DNA of 64,000 nt, taken from a virus. Lineage: Duplodnaviria; Caudoviricetes. A program made the translations under genes and the position numbers. Positions 44,553-53,105 of the stretch are shown here, piece after piece. How positions within the stretch are numbered: the first letter of the stretch is position 1; every line of letters begins with the position of its first letter. The notes under the pieces were generated by a model. It did no database searches. It saw only the letters and a program-made list of their open reading frames with translations, and was not told where the DNA came from. Location of the stretch: IMG/VR virus record IMGVR_UViG_3300033555_000001, positions 224,001-288,000 of that record. The stretch is one strand, 5' to 3'.

Positions 44553-45719
44553 ATGGCAACAAGTAAAAAAGACGTCACCGTCTATATCGGAAGATTTTCT
44601 CCGTTTCACCGGGGTCATGCTGAAGTTTTAAAGCGTGCGATGCTGACCAGCAAATTAGTAATTGTGCTTGTTGGATCAACAGGTCAAGCGCGGAATCTAA
44701 AAAACCCATTTACGTACGAAGAGCGCGTAAGAGTGATCACGGCCACTGCCTTTGATTTTGTTGTAGCCGGTATTGTAGAGCACGGAAACCCTTCGTCAGT
44801 TCTTGGAGAGCTGGTAATTTTACCGCTGCCGGACCAGCCGTACAATGATGGGTTGTGGATTAGGAGCGTGCAGGAAAAAGTAAAACACGCAATAGATGCC
44901 TTTGCGGTTAAAACAGGACAGCTTCTTACTGACGTATATCTCACCGGAAGCGACCGCGATGAGAGCACGTGGTATCTGAGCGCTTTTCCACAGTACAAGC
45001 AAGATTTGGTAGATGAACACCGGAATACTAACGTGCTCTTAAGCGCCACAAGTGTGCGCGAAGTTCTGTTCAGCGGTGCTGCAAGTGTTACGGACGGTGT
45101 AAAGTTAGGTGTTAAAGTTCCTGACAGCACGCGTAATTTTTTGCTAGAATTTATGAAGACGCCAGAGTGTAAGTTACTGCAACAAGAGCGGGCACACCTG
45201 GATGCCTACAAAAAATCCTGGAGTAGCGCTCCTTATCCCCCAACGTTTGTGACAACTGACGCAATCGTCGTGCAGTCCGGACACGTGCTCGTGGTAGAGC
45301 GTGGTGCATTTCCAGGTAAAGGTCTGTGGGCGCTGCCTGGTGGATTCTTAAATCAAAATGAACGGCTGGCCGATGGCTGCATTCGAGAGCTAATTGAGGA
45401 AACTGGAATCAAAGTTCCTGAAGCGCTGTTAAGAGCAGCAGTTAAAACCGCACCAAAGGAAATTTTTGACAATCCTGGTCGCTCGCTGCGGGGTCGTACA
45501 ATTACTACTGCGTTTTTAATCAGGCTAGACGATACTAAACCGCTGCCAAAAGTAAAAGGGCAGAACGCCCCTCTCAGCGAAACTGGCAATGAAGCGGTAG
45601 TAGAAACCGCAAAGGCATTTTGGCTGCCGCTGAGTACTGCACTTGACAAAACTGACATGTGGTTTGAAGATCATCACGCACTGCTCTCTTGGGCCGTGTC
45701 ACAACTTAACTCAAGGTAA
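44553..45719 (+). CDS. nadM: bifunctional NMN adenylyltransferase / ADP-ribose pyrophosphatase (NadM-Nudix)
   Basis: IGRFSPFHRGH, KNPF, SATSVR, Nudix box GG...E....G..REL.EETG, FEDH. Confidence 0.93.
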   Translation: MATSKKDVTVYIGRFSPFHRGHAEVLKRAMLTSKLVIVLVGSTGQARNLKNPFTYEERVRVITATAFDFVVAGIVEHGNPSSVLGELVILPLPDQPYNDGLWIRSVQEKVKHAIDAFAVKTGQLLTDVYLTGSDRDESTWYLSAFPQYKQDLVDEHRNTNVLLSATSVREVLFSGAASVTDGVKLGVKVPDSTRNFLLEFMKTPECKLLQQERAHLDAYKKSWSSAPYPPTFVTTDAIVVQSGHVLVVERGAFPGKGLWALPGGFLNQNERLADGCIRELIEETGIKVPEALLRAAVKTAPKEIFDNPGRSLRGRTITTAFLIRLDDTKPLPKVKGQNAPLSETGNEAVVETAKAFWLPLSTALDKTDMWFEDHHALLSWAVSQLNSR

Positions 45720-45722
45720 ATC

Positions 45723-45917
45723 ATGACGCATCAAACAGAAACATATCTTTCATTTGCCGAAATAACTTCATTAATTAGGAAGTCGGTAAAAACCCCAGTC
45801 GGAACTGTTGCCACCTATGTAGAGATTCATGTCGGTGATGGTACTTTATTTGGCATCAAAACCGTAACTGGTGCTACTGTTATATTTGAACCACTTGCAA
45901 AAGCCGCTGATGAATAA
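45723..45917 (+). CDS. hypothetical protein
   Basis: AAGG RBS. Confidence 0.6.
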   Translation: MTHQTETYLSFAEITSLIRKSVKTPVGTVATYVEIHVGDGTLFGIKTVTGATVIFEPLAKAADE

Positions 45918-46551
45918 TACAGCTGAATCCAATCCGCACGTTAACTTTATTGCTAAGTCTGAGTACTCAAACAGTCGGGTAAACAGTTCTAGCGATAATT
46001 TATATTTTTGCAAGTACTCAGTCATTAATCCGACTGAGCTCTTTACACCTGGAGAATTTCCAGTTCCTGCGATTTTTGCACACTCACTTGCGCGCATTGG
46101 GACACCGTTTGATATTGGGCTCAGTATCATAGCACCATTATGTGGAGGCCACAAGGTGACATCGGGCTCTGAGGCACGTCACCGAAATAAAACAGCTTTT
46201 GCCCTGACAGTTGCGCAGTGCAAAAAGATGAGTGTTAAAGAATTGGCTCTGGCCCTTAGAAATATCCGATTTAATTATGTGACAACTCGCGCAGTAGAGC
46301 TTGGTTATACAGAAGAACTATACGCTGCGCTATTTCCAGTTGAACAAGAAGAATTTGATTACGGTTTAAGTCTTATCAACAATCTAAACTTTGCTGCGCA
46401 GGCGCAAGCAATTTTTGATACTGTGCGGTCAATTTCTACTGCGCCGGTAATCAGCCCAACAGATTCGGTCGTGATAGAAGTAAACGAAAGTGGGCTGCAG
46501 TCCGCGCAAATCAGCGGTCGCGAGTGGACCTCTATCTATTTGGCCCGTTGA
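45910..46551 (+). CDS. hypothetical protein
   Basis: ATG 45910 preferred over track start 45871. Confidence 0.65.
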   Translation: MNNTAESNPHVNFIAKSEYSNSRVNSSSDNLYFCKYSVINPTELFTPGEFPVPAIFAHSLARIGTPFDIGLSIIAPLCGGHKVTSGSEARHRNKTAFALTVAQCKKMSVKELALALRNIRFNYVTTRAVELGYTEELYAALFPVEQEEFDYGLSLINNLNFAAQAQAIFDTVRSISTAPVISPTDSVVIEVNESGLQSAQISGREWTSIYLAR

Positions 46552-46648
46552 AATGATCAGGTTATAATTAAAATACCAAGTGATCACAAATTACTGTGAC
46601 CCCGGCGAGTGACAGACACAAACCGAAACTAATGATAAGGAGTTTATC

Positions 46649-48178
46649 ATGAATAAAGTTACTGCACCAGTTTTACACGTTCTAGAAAAATCTAAAAAAG
46701 CTCGCGTGTTATATACCGCACGCCAACAGCCCAGATTTAATTTGGTGCTTGCGGTTGACAGCTATAAACTATCTCACGCATTTGCCTATCCTAAAAATAT
46801 AGTTGGCATGGCCTCGTACATTGAAGCACGTACTGGCGGCCGAGATATTATGATTCCCTTTGGTCGCCAAGCAGTGCTGCAGCGGTATCTGTCAGTACCA
46901 ATTACGCAGGGTGATATTAACGATGCTGCTGATTTTGCAAGTACGCACGGTGAACCGTTTGCCCGCCGAGTCTGGGAACATATTTTACGTGAATACAACG
47001 GCTTTATGCCACTCACAATTCGTGGAGTTCCAGAGGGAACTCCCGTCCGCAGTGGTCACGCTATTACCACCATCATGTGCACTGATGCGTATGTTGCCGA
47101 AAATATTTTCTGGCTGTGTTCGTACTTTGAAACGCTGCTGTTACGCGGTGAATGGTACCCAACCACAATTGCCACTGACGACTACAAGATCAAGCGCCTG
47201 ATTAAAAGCTACTATGTAAAAACTGGCGCTGACATGGCCATGCTAAATTTTGCGCTGCACGACTTTGGGGCACGTGGGGTTACTTGCCATGAGCAGGCGC
47301 AGATTGGCGGTGCTGCGCATCTGGTATCGTTTAAGGGCAGTGATACAATAGAGGGTATACAGTACGCCAATTACTGGTACGGCGCAGATATGGCAGCATT
47401 CAGTGTACCTGCAACTGAGCACAGCGTGCAGTGCGCGTTTGGCGCCGGTCAATTTGCAGCCGGCAGTGCTGACGCTGACACAGAGTACATGCGGCACGTG
47501 CTTAAAAACTTGGCTCACAAGGGTGGTATTGTTTCTATGGTGATTGATGGATTTGATGTCTATCGCGCCACGGATATTTTGTGCGGGCGGCTTGTTGCAG
47601 AGATTAAAGCCACTGGAGCAAAAATAGTCTTTCGCCCAGACAGCGGCGATATGTATAAAATCATTCCGTATATTTTAGCAAAGCAAGAGGCTGCGTTTGG
47701 CGTAACAGTAAATGCGCACGGCTTTAAGAAAATTAATACGGTTGGGTTACTGCAAGGTGATGGTATTGACCATGAGGCCGTTGAAAAATTACTTGATCTG
47801 GTGACGGGGCTTGGGTACTCCGCCGATAATATCGTGTTTGGTTCGGGTGGTGCACTGCTGCAAAAACGCAATCGTGATACTTACAAATTCGCGCAAAAAG
47901 CCTCTGCCGTACTTGTTGCAGTACCAGCCTCTCAAACAGAAGTTACTTACGAGTGGGTTGGTATTGCCAAAGATCCAATTACTGATCCAGGCAAGAAATC
48001 AAAAGAGGGGGTATTGACTCTGGCGCGGTCCCTTATTACTGGTGAGCACATGACAGTACGAATAGATACCGGGTCGCTGAGTACTGAATTTGAGGATGTG
48101 ATGGTAGATGTTTATGATCACGGTAAATTTTTTAACCTGACAACACTAGATGAGGTGCGTGCTCGCTGCGCGCAATAA
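46649..48178 (+). CDS. nadV: nicotinamide phosphoribosyltransferase
   Basis: DSYKLSH, LHDFGARG, SVPATEHS, RPDSG, LQGDG, FGSGGALLQK..RDT.KFA.K. Confidence 0.95.
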   Translation: MNKVTAPVLHVLEKSKKARVLYTARQQPRFNLVLAVDSYKLSHAFAYPKNIVGMASYIEARTGGRDIMIPFGRQAVLQRYLSVPITQGDINDAADFASTHGEPFARRVWEHILREYNGFMPLTIRGVPEGTPVRSGHAITTIMCTDAYVAENIFWLCSYFETLLLRGEWYPTTIATDDYKIKRLIKSYYVKTGADMAMLNFALHDFGARGVTCHEQAQIGGAAHLVSFKGSDTIEGIQYANYWYGADMAAFSVPATEHSVQCAFGAGQFAAGSADADTEYMRHVLKNLAHKGGIVSMVIDGFDVYRATDILCGRLVAEIKATGAKIVFRPDSGDMYKIIPYILAKQEAAFGVTVNAHGFKKINTVGLLQGDGIDHEAVEKLLDLVTGLGYSADNIVFGSGGALLQKRNRDTYKFAQKASAVLVAVPASQTEVTYEWVGIAKDPITDPGKKSKEGVLTLARSLITGEHMTVRIDTGSLSTEFEDVMVDVYDHGKFFNLTTLDEVRARCAQ

Positions 48179-48179
48179 T

Positions 48180-48470
48180 ATGAGAACTTCAGTGGTTACA
48201 GTTAAGCGCAGCACTGACTGCAAAGATTTTGACAACTGGAAGTATTACTTTGACGCTAGTGTAGAGTTTACTCCCGGCAACGAAATTAAAATCAGCACGG
48301 CTGCCGGGCGCTGCACATATGCGGCGCCGGCAATTGAAGGAATTCATGAAGGTGAACTTGTTATACGCGCCATAGAAAAAGGCGCCAGCGGTACCGGCAA
48401 TGGCCTACAACCGGTTTACATTACGATTTCGCCTACACTAGATTTGTATTATCCAGGAGAGAATAAATGA
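48180..48470 (+). CDS. hypothetical protein
   Basis: ATG 48180 directly after the nadV stop. Confidence 0.65.
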   Translation: MRTSVVTVKRSTDCKDFDNWKYYFDASVEFTPGNEIKISTAAGRCTYAAPAIEGIHEGELVIRAIEKGASGTGNGLQPVYITISPTLDLYYPGENK

Positions 48471-48703
48471 GTGAAACACTATACCTGAGCAGAAGAAATT
48501 TGCTCACGCTCTTAAACAAACTTGATCGTGCTAAATTAGGTGAGCCTTCAAACTGCGCAATTGTGAAATACCGGCAGGGCTCGGCTGAACTTCAACAAAC
48601 AATGGACGCAGTAGTTGTTATTGCGGCTGAAAATGAAGATTTTTACGGTGCACAGAAAAGATTGGCTGGTGAAGTACACCCAGCCGATGATCCAGGACTT
48701 TAA
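48467..48703 (+). CDS. hypothetical protein
   Basis: LYLSRRNLLTLL.KLD phage motif, AGGAG RBS. Confidence 0.7.
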   Translation: MSETLYLSRRNLLTLLNKLDRAKLGEPSNCAIVKYRQGSAELQQTMDAVVVIAAENEDFYGAQKRLAGEVHPADDPGL

Positions 48704-49389
48704 TTACTGGGTGGGCGACCAGCCCAGATTTCTGTGTTGAGGTAATCTCTGTTGTAGATGTTGAGCTGAAGTTCAAGTAGTTCACGGCGGATTCGCACAA
48801 CGTCAGGGCTGGTAAGATCATTCATGTCAATATCAGTTACTACTACAATTGCCAGATTAATGTCCTTGTCAAAGGGCGGTAAGCTAGCGCGACAGACACT
48901 TTTTGCAATTGATTTTATTTTTGGTTCCCACTTTGGGATGTTTGTTTGTTCAATTTTGCCGCAAACAACTTGACCGCTTTTGGCTCTGCTTGAATTTCTA
49001 AGTGATTGTGCTGCATCTTTGTCGCGATTAGCTGATGAAAAACCACGCCCACTGGCTTGGATTTCCGCGAAGTTTTCAAGCGCAGTATCAATTATTTTTA
49101 CATTTGCCAGGGACCAAATCACCGGATATTCGCGCTGCGTGTAGTTTAATTTTACCACCCACGCGCCAAGTACGTGATGTGCGTTTTTTAAACGCGCGTT
49201 TAATTCAAACTCTGACATTTTGCTCAGCTGGTTTTTAGGGCCCGGTAACACTTCAAGCGCGTACGAATTACTCTCGCCTTTAAATTTTGTTTTGAGGTAC
49301 TCAGCACCCCATATTGCTGGGAAAATCGCTGCCGCAATAATCACTACCGTTACCAAAATTAGTACCACAGTGCTCTTTTCGATACGCAT
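48700..49389 (-). CDS. membrane-anchored protein with a soluble periplasmic-type domain
   Basis: Single N-terminal TM, two Cys, AGGAGG RBS. Confidence 0.7.
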   Translation of the reverse strand: MRIEKSTVVLILVTVVIIAAAIFPAIWGAEYLKTKFKGESNSYALEVLPGPKNQLSKMSEFELNARLKNAHHVLGAWVVKLNYTQREYPVIWSLANVKIIDTALENFAEIQASGRGFSSANRDKDAAQSLRNSSRAKSGQVVCGKIEQTNIPKWEPKIKSIAKSVCRASLPPFDKDINLAIVVVTDIDMNDLTSPDVVRIRRELLELQLNIYNRDYLNTEIWAGRPPSN

Positions 49390-49477
49390 TATTTTCCTCC
49401 TAGTCAGATCTTATTTACACAAGTACAATTTAACGGTGTATAATAGGCTAAATAATCGAAATTACCGTGGAGCGCAC

Positions 49478-49864
49478 ATGAAACTATTAGACATCAAGGG
49501 ATTTAAACCAGCCACCATCGCCGAGGCCAAAATGGACGTGCGAGAATTCACCGTTGAAAAATGGGATTCCAATGGTCTAAATGATATTTATGTTGGACAA
49601 TTTGACGTGCTTGTGCAGTACGAGTACATTGCAGGCGGCAGCAATAGTCATGATTATGGCGACACTACTGCTGATGAGCCGTATGACGCCAGTGCCGAGG
49701 TTATTAAACTTACGGCGGCTGAAGAAGTGCAAATTGTAGACCTTGAGACTCAGGAAACTGAATACACATACCCAGCAGGAACAGAGCTACATCAGATCTT
49801 TGGTACTAGCCTTGAGATGGACAAGTACTTTAAAGAACTTGCGATTGACGACGCACAGAGCTAA
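49478..49864 (+). CDS. acidic hypothetical protein with MKLLDI...IAEA leader
   Basis: ATG 49478 with GGAG RBS and CTAAATA 49448-54 (track start 49220 is spurious). Confidence 0.7.
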   Translation: MKLLDIKGFKPATIAEAKMDVREFTVEKWDSNGLNDIYVGQFDVLVQYEYIAGGSNSHDYGDTTADEPYDASAEVIKLTAAEEVQIVDLETQETEYTYPAGTELHQIFGTSLEMDKYFKELAIDDAQS

Positions 49865-49874
49865 AATTTAAACC

Positions 49875-49982
49875 GGCTCTTGAGGAAAGAATTCTAGACC
49901 CTGTGGCCACAGGGCGTAACCCAGTGATGGACTCCCTCTTGGGCTTGGACTGAGAGACTCTAGAATTCTTTCCTCAAGAGCC
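49875..49982. repeat. 24-bp perfect inverted repeat enclosing a 16-bp palindrome
   Basis: GGCTCTTGAGGAAAGAATTCTAGA / TCTAGAATTCTTTCCTCAAGAGCC; CCCTGTGGCCACAGGG at 49899-49914. Confidence 0.95.
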
Positions 49983-50001
49983 CTATCTATTGGGTACAGC
50001 A

Positions 50002-50406
50002 ATGTTAAAGCAATGGGCTCGCCACAGTGGTAACGGTTATGAGTGCTCGTCCCATGGCGACCATAGATTTTCAGCTCTTCACGCTAAATTGTCAGATGGG
50101 CGCAGCATTGAAGAAGCATATCAGTTAGACGTCAAGGGCTATCGAGCAGTTTCTGATAGTTGGCGGACTGGAAAAGGCAAGCCTTCGCTCTCATCATTAA
50201 CACGACAAGAACAGTGGATTAGCTATTTGGGCCTATGGGAACAGTGGGTTCAAGAAAATCCTGAGCTGCTAGCTGATTTAATGTTAAAATCAGAAGGTAA
50301 AGTGCTTACTGATAAGTTTGCTACTTCAGATATCAATCAGGCCAAGGCTCTTGCCACTATTATTTCTGAGAGGCTGAGCTTAAAAGCACTGCCATTTACC
50401 TTTTAG
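50002..50406 (+). CDS. conserved phage protein, possibly NADAR-like
   Basis: YECSS.GD.RFSA..A.L.DGRSIEEAYQ..KG; QENPELL.DL...SEGKVLTD. Confidence 0.45.
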   Translation: MLKQWARHSGNGYECSSHGDHRFSALHAKLSDGRSIEEAYQLDVKGYRAVSDSWRTGKGKPSLSSLTRQEQWISYLGLWEQWVQENPELLADLMLKSEGKVLTDKFATSDINQAKALATIISERLSLKALPFTF

Positions 50407-50454
50407 GAAAGAGCATAACCGTACAGGGTAATAACGAGTTTCATCATTGGAATA

Positions 50455-50840
50455 GTAAAACAGCGTAAACTCAGTTTTTGAAAAGTTGAACAGGACGGGA
50501 GAGTCGGAGCTCCCCACCTCCACCAAAAGCGCTCTAGTAAGTCTGCAACGCGATCAGACTTTGAAGGCGGGAAACTTGGACTAAGCGTGACGCCTCTAAC
50601 AATTCTCTTAAGGGATTGATTTTGGGAGAGCCAAGTACTAGAGTGTTTTTGATGGGGGTGAATTGGAATCGACTGGCAAAATAGTAAACTACAGAGCGCT
50701 CGAGAGATGACCGACGTAATCGGCATAAAAACCTTAAATGCAAATGATAGCGCATTTTACGGAGACACACGCCTAGCAGCGTGATGCCCGCGAGGCTAAC
50801 CACCTTGTCACCGAACGGTAGGTAAGAAGTTTTACCGCTT
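50455..50840 (+). ncRNA. ssrA: circularly permuted (two-piece) tmRNA; tag ANDSAFYGDTRLAA
   Basis: Acceptor 3' end GGAC-GGGAG/CTCCC-CACCTCC-ACCA at 50493-50525 precedes the 5' end GGGGGTG-AATTGGAATCGAC at 50654; G3-U70 pair; tag 50740-50784; outer boundaries approximate. Confidence 0.88.
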
Positions 50841-50870
50841 CAAAGGGCCTTAGGGTCCTTTGTTGTTTTC
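50841..50870 (+). terminator. intrinsic terminator after tmRNA
   Basis: CAAAGGGCC/GGTCCTTTG then TTGTTTT. Confidence 0.7.
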
Positions 50871-50937
50871 TGGTCCCAGAAATACAACCCTCCGCGCACC
50901 CGTAAATATCTTACTATAAATTAATACTGGAGAAATC

Positions 50938-51375
50938 ATGATCATAGATAATAGAGTTACCGCAAGCGTGCTGGATGACGCAGCACGGTGCGCGGCTGAT
51001 GGTAAAAAAGTAGTTGTGCTAACGCAGCGCTTTTCGCAGACTTTCTGGATACTCGCCGAACTGCAGAGCAGAATGCATTATTTGGCTAGCACAGACATAA
51101 CAATAATAGGTTTTTACAATATTGCGAAGCGTAGAATTATGGTAAGCACGGGTGGGTCCATTATGGTACGCGCAATGGATCAATCGCCAGATCAGTTACG
51201 TGGGCATACGATCGATAAGCTGTTTATTAATGCTTCATCAGATTTTAAGCTGCCACCAGAAGTACTTGAGCTGCAACACAGAATTATGAGCACGGCCAGT
51301 GTGACCGCGGAAGCTGAAGCGCTGGCCGTATCTGTTGATGCGGTCAAGCCAAGACGCAAATTTTCTTCACGCTGA
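50938..51375 (+). CDS. hypothetical protein, degenerate terminase-ATPase-like fragment
   Basis: GGSI.V......DQLRG..ID.LFIN; no Walker A. Confidence 0.4.
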   Translation: MIIDNRVTASVLDDAARCAADGKKVVVLTQRFSQTFWILAELQSRMHYLASTDITIIGFYNIAKRRIMVSTGGSIMVRAMDQSPDQLRGHTIDKLFINASSDFKLPPEVLELQHRIMSTASVTAEAEALAVSVDAVKPRRKFSSR

Positions 51376-51406
51376 TTAACCTAGTAAATTAGAGAAGGTA
51401 AAACTG

Positions 51407-51889
51407 ATGAAGTCAACGAATCACGGTGTGCAGCAAAGCGATCGAGCCACTTTCATGCAGCTTATAGCTGGCACAGTTATTAATTGTATTGAAAACGGCA
51501 AAGACGCAGTTGTACTCTGTGGTACCGAGATCGGCGCGCCTACTCCACATGAATTGGCTGAAGAGACGTTTAATATGTACACTACCGCCAACGGTTATCA
51601 GCCAGTCAAAGATCTTACGGGTCTAGCGCTGTGGGACATAAGAACGTGTAACATAGGTCAATTTGTTTCAACAGCTGATGTGAACTTTGATCAGTTCAAT
51701 TCTCAAACCAGATTGTTGCACCATAAAGTTCGGCTTGCCATTATTACCACCACGGAAAATGATGATCAGCAAAAAATCTCTGAATTTTTATCAGTTATGG
51801 GAAAGCATTGCGCGAGTATTTCTTATCTCAGCTACAGTCCTGTAATAAAGCAATTTGAGAAAAAGCGCCGAATTTTTTCCTCACGCTAA
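51407..51889 (+). CDS. hypothetical protein
   Basis: AAGG RBS; C-terminus KRRIFSSR resembles the previous gene. Confidence 0.65.
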   Translation: MKSTNHGVQQSDRATFMQLIAGTVINCIENGKDAVVLCGTEIGAPTPHELAEETFNMYTTANGYQPVKDLTGLALWDIRTCNIGQFVSTADVNFDQFNSQTRLLHHKVRLAIITTTENDDQQKISEFLSVMGKHCASISYLSYSPVIKQFEKKRRIFSSR

Positions 51890-52031
51890 TAGCGAATTTA
51901 TAATGAAATATTCATTAAAGACCAGACCGGAATGAGACCGTTAAACACAGCGGGTCTTAAAACCGATGATGAAATAACTGCGGCGTTGTTTGGTACTTCG
52001 CAGGCTTAACCAACTCAAAAGGAAAAGACAA

Positions 52032-52490
52032 ATGGGCGCCGCATCCTATCTTCTAGTTAGCACCCTGCTCACAGCAGGAGTCATTGCAGGTGTTCACGCC
52101 GTGCAGCAAGAACCACCAAAAGAAGAGGCGTGGGTGCTTATTGGCAGTACCCAATTTGTCAGATTTGACGTTCACCGTGCAACCATTGAGACGAATGCAG
52201 AGACGCAGTCCGTGCAATTTGTACTTCGCTCGCAGTTTAAAGTCGCAGAAGACGGCGTAAAGACTGTGCTGGAACCAACTGTAATTTTGTGCAAATCTCG
52301 CACTATGATTACCACTGGGCGCTCGCACTATTCTGAGGCTCACAAAGAACTGCCCGCAAAACAGGGTGCTACCGTGTACGAAGACCCGGGGGTCAAAGGC
52401 CACGTTGTAACAGTGTTGATACAAATGGCGTGCGATCCAACTGATACCGTTACAGAAAAAAGAACTAAAAAATCAAACGTTAGTATATAA
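52032..52490 (+). CDS. secreted protein, surface-adhesin E-like
   Basis: ATG 52032, signal peptide, WVLIGS...D....., ILC..R, terminal C. Confidence 0.5.
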   Translation: MGAASYLLVSTLLTAGVIAGVHAVQQEPPKEEAWVLIGSTQFVRFDVHRATIETNAETQSVQFVLRSQFKVAEDGVKTVLEPTVILCKSRTMITTGRSHYSEAHKELPAKQGATVYEDPGVKGHVVTVLIQMACDPTDTVTEKRTKKSNVSI

Positions 52491-52499
52491 TTACTTATT

Positions 52500-52575
52500 G
52501 CCGATGTAGCTGAGCGGTTACAGCAGAGGATTCTAAATCCTAAGATCCCCGGTTCGAATCCGGGCATCGGCACCA
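52500..52575 (+). tRNA. amber suppressor tRNA (anticodon CUA)
   Basis: GCCGATG/CATCGGC acceptor, GCTG/CAGC D-stem, loop TT-CTA-AA, TTCGAAT, ACCA; 76 nt. Confidence 0.9.
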
Positions 52576-52600
52576 TAGTTTAATTATAGCGAGGTCTATT

Positions 52601-52795
52601 ATGCTTACCACCACAGCAATTGCCTTAGTTTATTTTGTATTCGTCACTGCGGTTTATTTCTGTATTATTGCCGTGATAGTAAAAGATGGTCGAACTAACA
52701 CCACGCCCACAAAACGAAAATATAACTCAATCATCTTTTTCGCTGTTACCGTGTTCTATATTGTGTCAATGATTAGCAGCACGCTAACTTTCTGA
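52601..52795 (+). CDS. small membrane protein
   Basis: GAGG RBS, two TM. Confidence 0.65.
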   Translation: MLTTTAIALVYFVFVTAVYFCIIAVIVKDGRTNTTPTKRKYNSIIFFAVTVFYIVSMISSTLTF

Positions 52796-52839
52796 GCAAT
52801 TTAAACTTTAATTACGTTATAAGATATCTAAGAGACTCC

Positions 52840-53058
52840 ATGTTAGAAGATCCTAAACACGACATACCAGCTGTAAAGACACGGGCAACTTTAGTAACAG
52901 TAAGCAAAATTAAAAGTGCTGCTCTCAGACGCACTGTTATTGTTTTAACCTTTGTGCCAATGCTGACTGCTAATATAGTGTGTGTTGGTATTGCTGCGGT
53001 GAAGGGGCTGTTCAGAAATATAACTGTGGTATTTTCTACTGCGGTAAAACACTGGTAA
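52840..53058 (+). CDS. small membrane protein
   Basis: Hydrophobic central segment. Confidence 0.55.
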   Translation: MLEDPKHDIPAVKTRATLVTVSKIKSAALRRTVIVLTFVPMLTANIVCVGIAAVKGLFRNITVVFSTAVKHW

Positions 53059-53105
53059 TTTTACTACTTTAAAATATAAGACGCTATTTTATACACGGGA
53101 AATCA

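Noticed and set aside
46580-46610. CRP/NrtR-type operator upstream of nadV (TCACA-N6-TGTGA)
   Set aside because: Half-sites are in the reverse orientation to CRP, the site is single-copy, and it is too short to support.
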